A stretch of 36,459 nt of DNA, from positions 1 through 36,459 of the forward strand of contig NW_021833227.1 in NCBI RefSeq assembly GCF_006345805.1, written 5' to 3'. Shown here piece by piece: positions 23,376 to 34,999 of this stretch; the first letter of the stretch is position 1; the number at the start of each line of letters is the position of its first letter. The position numbers were made by a program, and so were the translations under genes. The DNA comes from Octopus sinensis (taxonomy: Eukaryota). The notes beneath the pieces are model-generated. The model was not told the origin of the DNA and ran no database searches. It was given only the letters and a program-made list of their open reading frames with translations.

Positions 23376-24697
23376 TAGCTTAAGGTGACCCGCTCTACGC
23401 ACGGGTAAGAGTGTGGTTGTTACTTTCTGTTGCTTCCTTTCTGTTTGTTATCACCACATTCTCCCTCTTTGTTTCTCTCACTTTCCCACTCTCTTACTCT
23501 TCATTTCTCTCCCTCGCTTTCTTTTACTCTCTATCTTTATCTCGCTCCCATTTATAAATAACAAAAGATCTTGAGTAAGTTGAGAAAGAAAATATTTAGA
23601 AAGATCAATCATAAATATCAGGCAGCGACAACGGAAAGGTCTGCTTCAAGGCAGACAGCAAAGCACTAACATTTAAAAGGGACACATGAACTTGCAAGCT
23701 GAATAAAAATTTTAAAAATATTAGAAACCAAAGTTTGAAGGGATAGAATCTGAGGATAGTAGAGTCACCATGGCTGGCATTTCTTAACGACGGACAGCAA
23801 CGTAGTGGCAGTTTAACGACTGGCGTAAAATTTTGAACTTGATGTAAAAGAAAATTCCTAAACACCCACTCCGGTAAATTTTAATCCCCTTCCAGCCCCA
23901 TTTAGACCCCTTTTCACATTTTGGTTAATATAACCGATTTCATTCGGTCTACTTGAGAATTTTGTCCTAAAGGTCACGTCTTTCATTTCAGGAAAAAAAA
24001 TAGTTGCCATGCAAACTCGCCAGCACTTTTAACATAGGTGTGCATATTTTCAGCTCAACCGACCACATAATGCACACACACACACATATATATATATATA
24101 CATGTGTACATATATACGCATTATATATATATGTGTGTGTGTACGCATGATATATACAAATGTATACAAATTATATATATATATACAAATACAGATATAT
24201 ACACTTTGTATATATACATTATATATACATATTTATATATAGAGCACACATATATAAATTAACCCAATAAATATCTGATTCGTAATATTTATTCTCATGA
24301 TTGTGTGGTGATGGTGGCGATGATAATTCTCTTTATGAATGCAGACACGTAGAGAGAGTGAGAGAGTGACAGCGCTGGCAAAAGCAGTGGAGGAAAGATA
24401 GTAGACGCTGTCAAGCAATGTTATAGAGAGAAAGTGATGGGAAGGGAGGAAACAGAGAGAGATGGAAGAAGACAGGCAGATGAGAGAATTGGAGCAGACT
24501 TGTCAAAGTGTACGTTTTTTGCCCTAGTAACCACGCCTTTTAAGATAGGGATTTCTAAGCTAGCCCACTTACATCCTCACCTCATTTTACATGTCCCTGT
24601 AAATTTTGGAGTCATTCCGACGGGATCTAGTGCCCTTTAACCCATTCCAATACCAAAACCAGACAAACAAACTTTTAGCATTTCAGATTTATAGATA
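23376..24697 (-). mobile_element. Non-autonomous Helitron-like element
   Basis: Minus-strand 3' end: hairpin acccgtgcgtagagcgggt + caccttaag-CTAG|T; 5' end tctataaatctgaaatg. Whether the two ends belong to one element is inferred. Confidence 0.55.
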
Positions 24698-24714
24698 TTG
24701 ATCGGACGCTAAAT

Positions 24715-24737
24715 GATTATATATATACATATATATA

Positions 24738-24786
<49 letters not shown>

Positions 24787-24869
24787 CATATATATATATA
24801 TTATATATATATATATTATACATACATATATATTATATATATATATAATATATATATACATATACATAT

Positions 24870-24903
<34 letters not shown>

Positions 24904-24963
24904 ATATATATTATACATATATGTATACATATATATATATATATATAATATATATATATATAC

Positions 24964-24994
<31 letters not shown>

Positions 24995-25136
24995 ATATAT
25001 ATATATAATATATATTATACATATATATATAAATATACATATATATATAAATATACATATATATATATACATATATATATATATACACATATATATATAA
25101 ATACATATATATATAAATACATATATATATAAATAC

Positions 25137-25172
<36 letters not shown>

Positions 25173-25340
25173 AATACATATATATATAAATACATATATA
25201 TATAAATACATATATATATAAATATCTATATTATATATATTATATATATATAATATATATATACTATATATATATATATATACATATATATATAAATAAT
25301 ATATATATAGATATACATATATATATATATATATATATAG

Positions 25341-25373
<33 letters not shown>

Positions 25374-25375
25374 TA
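24715..25375. repeat. Long (TA)n / TATATAAATACA compound microsatellite
   Basis: About 660 bp of TA-based repeat. Confidence 0.95.
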
Positions 25376-25379
25376 ACAC

Positions 25380-26640
25380 ACAAGTAAGTTAGGGGTTAGG
25401 GGTGTAACCCACTAAGGGATAGTATTTATCCAATATACTGTTGGTAAAGTACCCAGATTCTTAATACATAAATGTTTTTAATTGCAAGAAAATGGATATA
25501 ATAACAATGGGAAAGTCATGGTTTACACTGGTATGTCTTTGATTAAATAGGTAACAAAGAAATAAGAAGCAGAAATGAGGGTGGCATTTATGATCGTTTT
25601 GTTTTACTCTTCAGAATGCGAGTATTGATAGATGCACTGGTTAGGATGCGAAAATAATTTATTCATATGTGATGATGATGATGATGATGATGGTAATGTA
25701 AACAAGGTGGTAATTCTTACATTAAATTTTGTTCTTGTTCTGGTGAATTCGATGGGTAGAGGTTTGTTTGTGGGAGATTGGTTAGTTTTTTTGGGTAATT
25801 AGGGAGTATTATTTAGGTGCAGGTTTTTTAGTTTAATTAAGTACATTTTTTCTCACATGTTCATCTTGTATTACAGATTTTGACACCAGCGGTGTAAGTG
25901 AAGGGGATTAACTCTAGCAGGGTGAGAAAGGAGCTAACTTTTACCAAATATTGGGTGGTTTGAAAATGTGTTACGTCTAATAATTGTCTTATTGCTAGAG
26001 TCTAGGAATTTCTTAATGCTAGGCAGGGCCCTATGTATTCACAAGGTGTATTATTCTGGAATGTTTGGGGCGGGTGGGTATGCAGGGTGACTATTCATGT
26101 ATTTCATGTGTTAATTAAACTTATATAGATGAGTATTCTAGTTTGGGATTATGAAGGCAGAGAGGGCTGCATGAAGACAAGAGAGGCTATTCTACCAGTA
26201 TTTCTAAAATACATATTGGCCCATGTGGAGACAAAAAATGTTGCTCTCAAATTTCTTGTTGAGACGATTTTGTTTAGTCGTAAGAATAGCTAAGCTTTCT
26301 GATAGGCAGAGATCGCAGTGTCTACTTGAGGTGTTGTAGGAAGTTGTTTTTGTGAGTATATGCCAGTTCAAGCTATTTTATCCTTAAGTTCCCAAATGTA
26401 TGCATTTAGCCCTGTTGAGTTAGCCTTATTCCTATTTCTGAAGCTGGATAGATGCATATTATATCTGAGAATCATTTGGTCCTTAGTGGTTCCTATGTAT
26501 GATTTTATTTGGTTGTCAGTGCATCACATTGATAAACTACATTGTCTTACATCTATTTGAGAATTGGCACTTTGTTCTATCCCTACAGCTGCATAAGTAA
26601 TTAGGTGTATCTACATCCGTGTTGTATTATGGGGGTCAAT
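25380..26640 (-). mobile_element. Penelope-like retroelement relic: GIY-YIG endonuclease plus downstream terminal repeat with an HHR
   Basis: 26204-26595 (-), with frameshifts: CSCRDRTKC...C..NVVYQC..TDNQIKSYIGTTKDQMILRYNMHLSSFRNRNKANSTGLNAYIWELKDK..NWHILTKTTSYNTSSRHCDLCLSESLAIL...RLNKK. This is the VVY/YIG/R-H/W/CxLCxxE pattern of PLE endonucleases. Confidence 0.88.
25584..25619 (-). ncRNA. Minimal hammerhead ribozyme motif, mutated
   Basis: gcatt-CTGAAGA-gt-aaa-ac-AAA-AcgatcaT-A-aatgc. 5-bp stem I; G12 changed to A; stem III one change from the palindrome ACGATCGT. Confidence 0.6.
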
Positions 26641-27220
26641 TATTATTCAGGTCTGTACCTAAGTAGGCAGGAGGCATTGCGTTGGGGGGGGGGCTTGGTC
26701 CTATTAGTTGGTTGGTTATTACTTTTATTGTTCATTATTTTTCTAGTTTCATAGAATTTGTCAAGTTTTTTATTATTTATTGAGGCTATTACCCATACTA
26801 GACCATCTATAATATATAAAATACTCAGATGCATGCACACAGACTACATATATATATACAGGCATATATATGTAAGACATAAATATATGCACAAATACAC
26901 ATACACATGTACGTATATGCACGCAACCATGCTGGCATATGAAAATCTCTTGGTGTATACATATAGAAGTTATAACAGACAAGATAGATGGGAAGTACAT
27001 CTTAAACGTAGGGAGGAGGAAAGAAAAAGGAAAAGGAAGGATCCTAAACGTAACAGCTAGCGAAGGAAAGAGGTAAGTAAGGGGGGGAGAAAAGGAACGC
27101 ATTGTTAAAAGATGCTATCAAAGTAACAAATAAGGAGAGAAAGGATACTTCTCATAAGGAAAGAAAGAAAGAAAGACAGGTGGCGGAATATGTGTAACAA
27201 ACGTACACAAAATAAAATTA

Positions 27221-27478
27221 CATAATACAACACGGATGTAGATACACCTAATTATTTATGCGGCTGTAGGGATAGAACAAAGTGCCAATTCTCAAATTGA
27301 TGTAAGACAATGTAGTTTATCAATGTGACGCACTGACAACCAAATAAAATCATACATAGGAACCACTAAGAACCAAATGATTCTCAGATATAATATGCAT
27401 CTATCCAGCTTCAGAAATAGGAATAAGGCTAACTCAACAGGGCTAAATGCATACATTTGGGAACTTAAGGATAAAATA
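27221..27478 (+). mobile_element. Inverted 258-bp duplicate of the PLE GIY-YIG 5' part
   Basis: Reverse complement of 26374-26631 with 5 mismatches by eye. Confidence 0.9.
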
Positions 27479-28183
27479 TGTGTATACAAAAGTGTATATT
27501 AGCATAAATACACATATATAAGATCATGTATATAAAAATATGGAAATATGCACATAAATACACATCCACACAAATATAAGTATATACATGCATACATATA
27601 CATCCATGTATGTATATGCAAATATATATGCATACCTACAATACAGTCATCTGCATAAAAACATTTCTAGGTCCTGACGTATATATATGCAAACAACTTT
27701 TTTGAAAAATTGCTGAGTGTATAATAATAAAAATCAGATAAAAGACTTGCAAAATAGAACACCATATATTGAATTATCTATAAATTTAATGATTAAATGG
27801 GTTTGTAAAATACAATAAAATGAAATGTAAGTAAAAATAATTTTTAATGATAAAAAAATAAAAATAGAATTTTAAACATGAAAATGCATATAACAGTCGA
27901 AGGTTTTCTTAAGAAATATGTCCAAATATATACAATAAGTTTGCGATGTGAAATAAACCATGAATTACAAGATACAAATCCAGCAGTGTCATTGAAAACT
28001 AGCTCAAGATTCAACAGGAACATAAAACTCTGAGTAACAGCTTTTGTTGTATTTCTGCTGCTTTTAAATAATACACACACACACATATATATACATAGAT
28101 TTATATATATGCATACATATATATATGTGTGTGTATATATATATACATACAAATTATATATATATTATATATATATATATGAA

Positions 28184-28250
28184 CTGTGATGAAACGGCAA
28201 CGAGAAACTCAGAGTAACAGATTTTGTTGAATTTTCTGCTGCTTAAAATA
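28184..28250 (+). mobile_element. PLE terminal fragment with an HHR family B motif
   Basis: ctgt-gatga-aacg-gcaa-cga-GAA-ActcagagT-A-acag followed by ttttgttgaattttctgctgctt, as at 8236-8300; a further partial copy lies at 28025-28070. Confidence 0.6.
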
Positions 28251-28252
28251 AA

Positions 28253-28310
<58 letters not shown>

Positions 28311-28315
28311 GGCGT

Positions 28316-28620
28316 TGTGAGTGTTTATTGAGCGAAAACACCTAAAGCTCCACGAGGCTCCGGCAGGGGATGGTGGTGATCCCTGCTGTACTCTTTCACC
28401 ACAACCTTCTCTCACTCTTACTTCCTGTTTCTGTTGTACCTGTATTTCAAAGGGCCGGCCTTGTCACTCTCTGTGTCACGCTGAATATCCCCGAGAACTA
28501 CGTTAAGGGTACACGTGTCTGTGGAGTGCTCAGCCACTTACACGTTAATTTCACGAGCAGGCTGTTCCGTTGATTCGGATCAACCGGAACCCTCGTCGTC
28601 GTAACCGACGGAGTGCTTCC
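28316..28620 (+). mobile_element. SINE family 2, 5'-truncated
   Basis: Shares ccttgtcactctctgtgtcacgctgaat...aactacgttaagggtac with 17160-17240. Confidence 0.7.
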
Positions 28621-28635
28621 ATTCCATATATATAT

Positions 28636-29782
28636 TGTAGCGCTTAGTGAAATACATTATCCCTGTTTGGGAGATATCATACAAATAAGGATGTGGCAGA
28701 TAACAGCCATCCTTCGGCTGCTTAGACCCATTTGTGTCCACTGCTCTGATTGGTTGGTTTTGGTCCAGTTTTGACTCTTTGCTTTATTTCGCGCCAATGT
28801 GTAAACCAACTAATCGCAACTTCTGATAAGGTCCTGTGACACAGTTTTCTAGGTTTACTCTGGAGCCCACTAATCTCTTTAAAAGGCTAGATCAACAAAC
28901 CATTATTGGTCTGTGGTCCTAGAGCAGTGCTTTTCAAACTTTTTGCTGGAGTGGAACCCCAAGGAAACATTCCACTGGCTCGAGGAACCCCTGTGCAATA
29001 ATTTAATAGTCCTATGCACACATATCTGCACAGGAGAATTAAAAATTACTGCCGATTTTAGCAGTTTTGTAACTTTTTGCGGAACCCCTGGACTGTACTG
29101 GCGGAACTCTGGTTGAAAACCACTGTCCTGGACCATTGACCACTGAGCATCCAGCGACAGCCAGCCAGTTCGAGCAACTCATCCATGTTCCAGCGACAGA
29201 CAGCAATGGCACCAACACCACGGCAGCATTTCAGGACCTTTCTCCACCGTTGACTTCAACAATATGTACACATCAACATCACCCAGGTTTAACTTCACAC
29301 TGTTTGTGAATACTCACCAAGGTTAACAGCTCAGTCTACCTGCGAGATCTTCTATACCAAGTAACCCAGCATAGGATAGAAGCCACAACCTCTACACGCA
29401 TAGTAACCAGCTCTCCACTTTGTAGCCTCGACTTCTCTGTTACAGAACCTCTGGTAATTATCTCCATTTGTGTCTGAACATTCATCTAGCGATCCTGTTA
29501 TAGACTCTTTGTATGCTCTGTATTACTATGTACATACTTATGACATGCACACACAGACACACTCTCATGAACACACAGACACACTGTCGCACTCACGAAC
29601 ACACGCACGCTCTGCTACCCACATGTTAATATCTAAATAAAATCTTTTCTCTTATACATATTGGTTGCGTTATCTTCCTTATTCCTTTTGGCACATATTT
29701 TGGCTTCTTTTGCAGGTGACCGTGCGGTGTTTAAAAGGAGACATTCTTTTGTCACCATCTCCTTTAGCACTGTCGCACTACA
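28636..29782. mobile_element. Probable solo LTR (Gypsy-like)
   Basis: Termini TGTAGCGC...GCACTACA (TG..CA, 7/8 inverted match); AATAAA near 29636; TSD only imperfect (atat/agat). Confidence 0.55.
28925..29125. mobile_element. hAT (Charlie-like) MITE
   Basis: TIR CAGTGCTTTTCAA / TTGAAAACCACTG; 8-bp flanks tcctagag and tcctggac (6/8), resembling the NTCTAGAN preference. Confidence 0.8.
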
Positions 29783-29959
29783 AGATATATATATAAATTA
29801 GAGAAGAACCACCTTTTATCAATTCAGACAATGAAATAACAATGATATAATTAAATTATACCATATAGGAAAAAATTAAATAAAATATGTACGATAAAAC
29901 ATACACCAATAAGTAAGTAAAGTACAAAATAATAAATAAAAAGTATATAATTGGTAAAA

Positions 29960-30042
29960 AGACTACACGTGTTTCATGGCTATATTTTCAAACTGATAAC
30001 AGTAAAATCAATTCAATTTAAATATAGTCACTCTTCAGGTCC
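29960..30042 (-). ncRNA. Type I hammerhead ribozyme, near-intact
   Basis: ggac-CTGAAGA-gtgactatattt-(32-nt loop)-aaatatagccat-GAA-AcacgtgT-A-gtct. All core nucleotides present; stem II 11/12; stem III is the palindrome ACACGTGT; GUA site. Confidence 0.8.
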
Positions 30043-30333
30043 AAGATAAAAACAATAAAATAATTAATTAAATATACTATATAATCTTGTAATATATATA
30101 TATATATATATATGTAAATTTACAATAAAAATGGAACAATACAATAATATATCATAAAATACAGACACAAAATATCTTAACAAATATAATCTGGAATAAA
30201 TAGATATAATCGGAGATTAAATATCATTATGATATATATTATATACAGTTATTGTACAGTTATGAGCCTTCCATAGTAGCTTTCTCTCCTTAACTCGCAA
30301 AGCCTTTCGGATTTGTTTATAAAAATATTATTG

Positions 30334-30409
<76 letters not shown>

Positions 30410-30439
30410 CATACATATATAATATATATATTTTGTTTT

Positions 30440-30870
30440 TTTATTCCTTTTATTCTTTTACTTGTTTCAGTCATGTGACTGCGGCCATGCTGGACAACTG
30501 CATTTAGTCAAACAAATCAACCCCAGGTCTTATTGTTTGTAAGCCTAGTACTTATTCTATTGGTCTCTTGCTGAACTGCTAATTTACGGGGATGTAAACA
30601 CACCAGCATCAGTTGTCAAATAATGATGGGGGGACAAATACAGACACATAAACCTACACACATATATATATATATGATATATATATATGTGTGTGTATAT
30701 ATGTGTGTGTGTGTATGTATGTATATACGACTGGCTTCTTTTAGTTTCCATCTACCAAAACCACTCACAAGGCTTTGGTCAGCCGAGGCTATAGTAGAGG
30801 ACACGTGCATAAGATGCCATGCAGTGGGACTGAACCCAGAACCAAGCTTCTAATCACACAGTCACGCCTT
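30440..30870 (-). mobile_element. SINE family 1, diverged
   Basis: Reverse complement of the family 1 sequence. Confidence 0.85.
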
Positions 30871-31532
30871 AAGATACACACCAGTTAAATAAGAGCTACT
30901 GATAGTTTCATGCCATGAAAGCACTATAGATCGGCAGATTTATATAATGAGAATTGTACCTCCAAACTCAGTGCTTATGGTTACTTCTATTTAGAAACCA
31001 GGATACTGGTCTTTGAGAAAACATGAGGAAAAAAACTCAGAAGATTGATACAAAAAGTGGAACAAGAAGACCAAAAGTGAATAAAAACAGTAAAAAGAAA
31101 GGAAACAAAACCAAGAGTTGTGCTCCCTTTGTCTATAGAAGCCATAATTAATCAAGCTGGTCTAGAATAATTCAATGAGGAAGGGACTAATGTCTGTGAG
31201 ACAGCTGCTCAATCTGGTATGGTTGCTATCCTCTAGTTCAACAAAATAGATTTGTCCATGTGCTTGCATTTCTGAAAGTTTCAGATCTGGTGGAATTCTT
31301 GGCTTTAAAAAGAATGTTTGATCTTTCAGCAATACATGGCTTTCGTCTCTTTGATCCATTTGCATTTGGTGTAGAGTTCTCTCATCTGTCCAAAGTTGAT
31401 TTCTTAGATGTTTCCCAAACTTAAACTTGCGCTCTTATAAACCTTATCATAAAAACCAAATGAGAAACTCACCACTATAGTGTTTAAAATCCTGATAGCC
31501 ATGGAATCTGTTGGAGTGTGTGTGTGTGTTTG

Positions 31533-31710
31533 TGGAGGTTCATGGCTCAGTGGTTATGTTGTTGCACCCATGGTTGTTATATTGCGGTTTCGATTTCTGG
31601 ATTGGGCAATGTTTTGTAGTCTTGAGCAAAACATTTCATTTCATGCTGCTCCAGTCCACTCAGCAAACAAAAATGAGTAATCCTGGACAAACTGGCATCC
31701 CATCCAGGGA
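31533..31710 (+). mobile_element. SINE family 2, old copy
   Basis: tggctcagtggtt...gtcttgagcaaaacatttcatttca...ctccagtccactcagc...aaaaatgagta. Confidence 0.55.
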
Positions 31711-31785
31711 AAGAAATATATTTGGCACAGAATCTAGGAAACTGACTTTTTGAGACTATAGCTCAGGAAGGAATTTGAATCTTAT

Positions 31786-31871
<86 letters not shown>

Positions 31872-31877
31872 TATATA

Positions 31878-31980
31878 CATGTGTGAGTTATGTTATATAT
31901 ATATATATATACATGTGTGAGTTATGTATATAATATATATGTGTGAGTTATGTATATATATAATATATACATGTGTGAGT

Positions 31981-32023
<43 letters not shown>

Positions 32024-32143
32024 GTGTGAGTTATGTATATATATATATATATATATACATGTGTGAGTTATGTATATATATATATACATACATGTGTGAG
32101 TTATGTATATATATATATATATATATACATGTGTGAGTTATGT
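31878..32143. repeat. Minisatellite: 8 copies of CATGTGTGAGTTATGT separated by variable (TA)n
   Basis: Units start near 31878, 31912, 31939, 31970, 32021, 32058, 32091 and 32128. Confidence 0.9.
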
Positions 32144-32691
32144 AGATATATATATATATATAAATAGATGTATGTATTTTTCCCTTGTTAAGAATTAACA
32201 TGGGAAAAATAGATAAATAGTTACCAGGGTAGCAAAAAATCACACAAGTAGAGAGGTTGTAACTCCTTGTTTTTAATGGTAGAAACTTCGGGTTTACATG
32301 GAATTTTTTGTATAATATATATGGATGCCTTTATGAAGGCCTACCGAAAGTTAGTGAGATCAGGCAAAGATGGCTCTGACTTATCTGGTCGTTGCATGCC
32401 CCACCCTGAACATGAAGCTTCTAAATTAGTCTTGTGGTGATGTAAGAGTAGGAACACATTGTCACACTTACATCGACAACCCAAGACCTCAAAGATGGAC
32501 TGAAAAGTGCAGTGGGTAGAATTTCTTACTGCAGCCTGGGTTGGAATCCAGCAATAAAAAAAGAAATCAGGAGTTAATGCTATCATCTTAACACTGAATA
32601 CACTTAAATGTGTTAATTCACCTTCGTTAATATGCATCATATTGGCACACATGAATGCATTCTCTTTTAAATTTTACTAAGAAACACCAAA

Positions 32692-34221
32692 TTATGTCTT
32701 GTTATTATCATTTGGCTCTTGATTTAGTATTTCTGAGAATCTGTAGACAGCTGCAGCTTCATTGTGCAGGGATCCATATGCTGCATTTTTAGAACCTATA
32801 CACATCTGGTAGTGTTTTGCATCTAAATTGTCTAGGCATTGTCTCTGGTGGTAAACATGTTCCACTGCCAAATCAGGGGCTTGGAATACTGTCAGGTTGG
32901 ATATTAGGCACCTGTCATAGAAACCTACATCTTCACCTCCCCATGTTATGATTTTTGTGTCAAAGCCACCTACATCCAGAAAGTCTTTCTTGTATATGGA
33001 AACCACACCAAAACCAAAGAATAGCCAAAAGCCATTGTTCTGGTCAAATAGGAAGGGATTTTTCTTGCAATTTGGTTTGTAACAAATTGTTTCAGGATTA
33101 AATCCATTGAAGACGATAGGAAAATACACTCGCTGGCCATATATTGTGTTAATTCGTACTCGATGTAGAAACGCTTCTGTTATGACCATATCAACATCAA
33201 GGAAAAGAAGCAGGGAGTCATTCCTGCAGTTCTTCACGCCATGCTGCAGCGCCACTGCACGAGAAAATTTTCCAGACAAAAATGTCACTTCTACTTTCAT
33301 GGAAGCATACTGAGACTCCAAGCGTTTCATCTTGTCTATGTTTTTGAGGTAGGACCTGTTTGGGTCTTTGTACACGACAAGAATCACGTTGAGATTCTCA
33401 AGTGTTTCTTTAAAGATCTTCTCCAGTGTCTTAGTAAATCGTGCAAATTCTTTCACTTTTTTACTAATTGGTAGGATCAAATTGATCTGTTTTAGCTCAT
33501 TGCTACCATTCACATTATTGTGTCTGGATCTGATATGGAAACCTTCCTGAAACATATCCTCTTCTTCAGTAAACATCAATGGCAACAGATGCTGTGAAGT
33601 GATAAATGTGGCATTGTAATGGCTACTTTTAGACTTTGGTTGCAATAAGTAAACATGTAGCAGATGTTGTACCCCTTGCACAGGTGACATATAACGGTAA
33701 GCTCGCAGAATATTCTTTAACTTGATATCATCAGTCCCTTCCAAATAGCGATTGAAGAGAGTTCTAACAGCAGTCTGTAGGATTTGGTTCTTCTTTTTCA
33801 GATTCAGATTTTGCTTAGCAGACCCATACGTGTTCTCTTTAGAGTAAATCGAATTCTTCTCTATATACTCCCAGTTAGCTGAATCATCGTTGGCACCATA
33901 CCAAAATCTGAGGTGTGTTCCCCATTGAGGTTTCTGATTCAAAAGTTCAATTTCGTGAAGGAACTTTAAGGTAGGCATCGAATAATGCTTCAACTGTTTA
34001 GCAATTATACTCCTTTTTGCCATTTCCAAATCATTTCTCAGCATGTCCGCCTTTTCTTTTAACCATTTGATTTCATCTTGTTTGAAATGTATGGATAACC
34101 AAAATACCGAACTACTGTTTTTTAATGGATGTAAGGTGAAGGCATAGCTCTCCTTTGACCCAAGCTCATGGTTAAAACTGCCCATCGCATCACAATAATT
34201 ATGGTAGAACAAAGTTGTTAC
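32692..34221 (-). CDS. CHSY1: Chondroitin sulfate synthase (CHSY family), terminal coding exon, 509 aa
   Basis: Acceptor ttttttttttcag|GTA at 34224/34221, phase 0. VTTLFYHNY aligns to CHSY1 MQQLFYENY; also TLHPLK, INLILPIS, FSRAVAL, FLDVDM (DxD), GQRVYFPIVF, GFWLFFGFG, VGGFD..I..WGGEDV, HVYH and QMCIGSK..YGS. Paralog identity (CHSY1 or a lineage-specific copy) is uncertain. Confidence 0.93.
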   Translation of the reverse strand, partial: VTTLFYHNYCDAMGSFNHELGSKESYAFTLHPLKNSSSVFWLSIHFKQDEIKWLKEKADMLRNDLEMAKRSIIAKQLKHYSMPTLKFLHEIELLNQKPQWGTHLRFWYGANDDSANWEYIEKNSIYSKENTYGSAKQNLNLKKKNQILQTAVRTLFNRYLEGTDDIKLKNILRAYRYMSPVQGVQHLLHVYLLQPKSKSSHYNATFITSQHLLPLMFTEEEDMFQEGFHIRSRHNNVNGSNELKQINLILPISKKVKEFARFTKTLEKIFKETLENLNVILVVYKDPNRSYLKNIDKMKRLESQYASMKVEVTFLSGKFSRAVALQHGVKNCRNDSLLLFLDVDMVITEAFLHRVRINTIYGQRVYFPIVFNGFNPETICYKPNCKKNPFLFDQNNGFWLFFGFGVVSIYKKDFLDVGGFDTKIITWGGEDVGFYDRCLISNLTVFQAPDLAVEHVYHQRQCLDNLDAKHYQMCIGSKNAAYGSLHNEAAAVYRFSEILNQEPNDNNKT

Positions 34222-34574
34222 CTGAAAAAAAAAAATTAATAGTTAGCAAAATAATTTAGCAAAAAAATAATTTTTGAAAAACATAAAATAATCACACTTT
34301 AAAAAACACCATTAAATATCCATTAAAAGAACAATAAAACAACCATTAAAATTAATGAGGAATGAGTTTCTGTGATATTTACATTGGAGCTAGATATGTC
34401 AGATGTAGCAGCCAAACCTCTCTTAAATTGAAAGAGGAAGGACACCGAATAATATAGGCCCGTTCTATCAGTGTGGACCTAGATTAACAACAATGGTTCT
34501 TGAAAATATATTTACCAGCAGAATAATGGCTTCTGATTTCAGCAGAAAGCTAACAATTTTAAGAGGAGAGAACT

Positions 34575-34690
34575 AATTGAAACCCTTCACCACAGTATTT
34601 GACTGGTACTTTATTTTATTGACCCCGGCGGGATTGAAGGTGGAGTTGGTCATGACAGGATTTAAACTCAGAAAGTAAAGACCAAAAAGG
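34575..34690 (-). mobile_element. SINE family 3, old fragment
   Basis: gactggtacttt...ttgacccc.g...ggattgaagg...ggatttaaactcagaa. Confidence 0.5.
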
Positions 34691-34999
34691 AATACTAAAC
34701 AGCAATTTTCTAGTGTTCTTTTATGGCATATTAGAGTCATTTAGCCTTTTATAGGCTCCACATGTTTGATTGGTCGTTTGACCTATCATGTGAGTTTGGA
34801 ACATTTGTTGAGTCCTGTATTTTGATTGGTTGAGTATTGTGCAGCATAAGGATCTCAGATCTAATCACATTCTATGTAATACATTCTCATACAACAAACC
34901 TGAATCATCACTGGATCACACCTTCTGCCTATATATACCTTTATCAAATCATTTATAGAAAGAGGGATGAGAGAATTTCAGGAAGAAATGGCTGTAACG

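Noticed and set aside
25389-25402. TTAGGGGTTAGGGG telomere-like repeat at the PLE end
   Set aside because: Only two non-canonical units; not enough to claim telomeric targeting.
30896-30929. cta-CTGATAG...GAAAgcacTA-tag
   Set aside because: The core reads AG instead of GA and stem II does not close; too weak without a family consensus.
31878-32143. CRISPR-like repeat-spacer appearance
   Set aside because: Spacers are only (TA)n, the context is eukaryotic and there are no cas genes.
32341-32652. 103-aa minus-strand ORF just past the CHSY stop
   Set aside because: No recognisable homology; most simply read as 3' UTR.
33107-33550. Short plus-strand ORFs over CHSY
   Set aside because: Antisense shadows of the CHSY exon.
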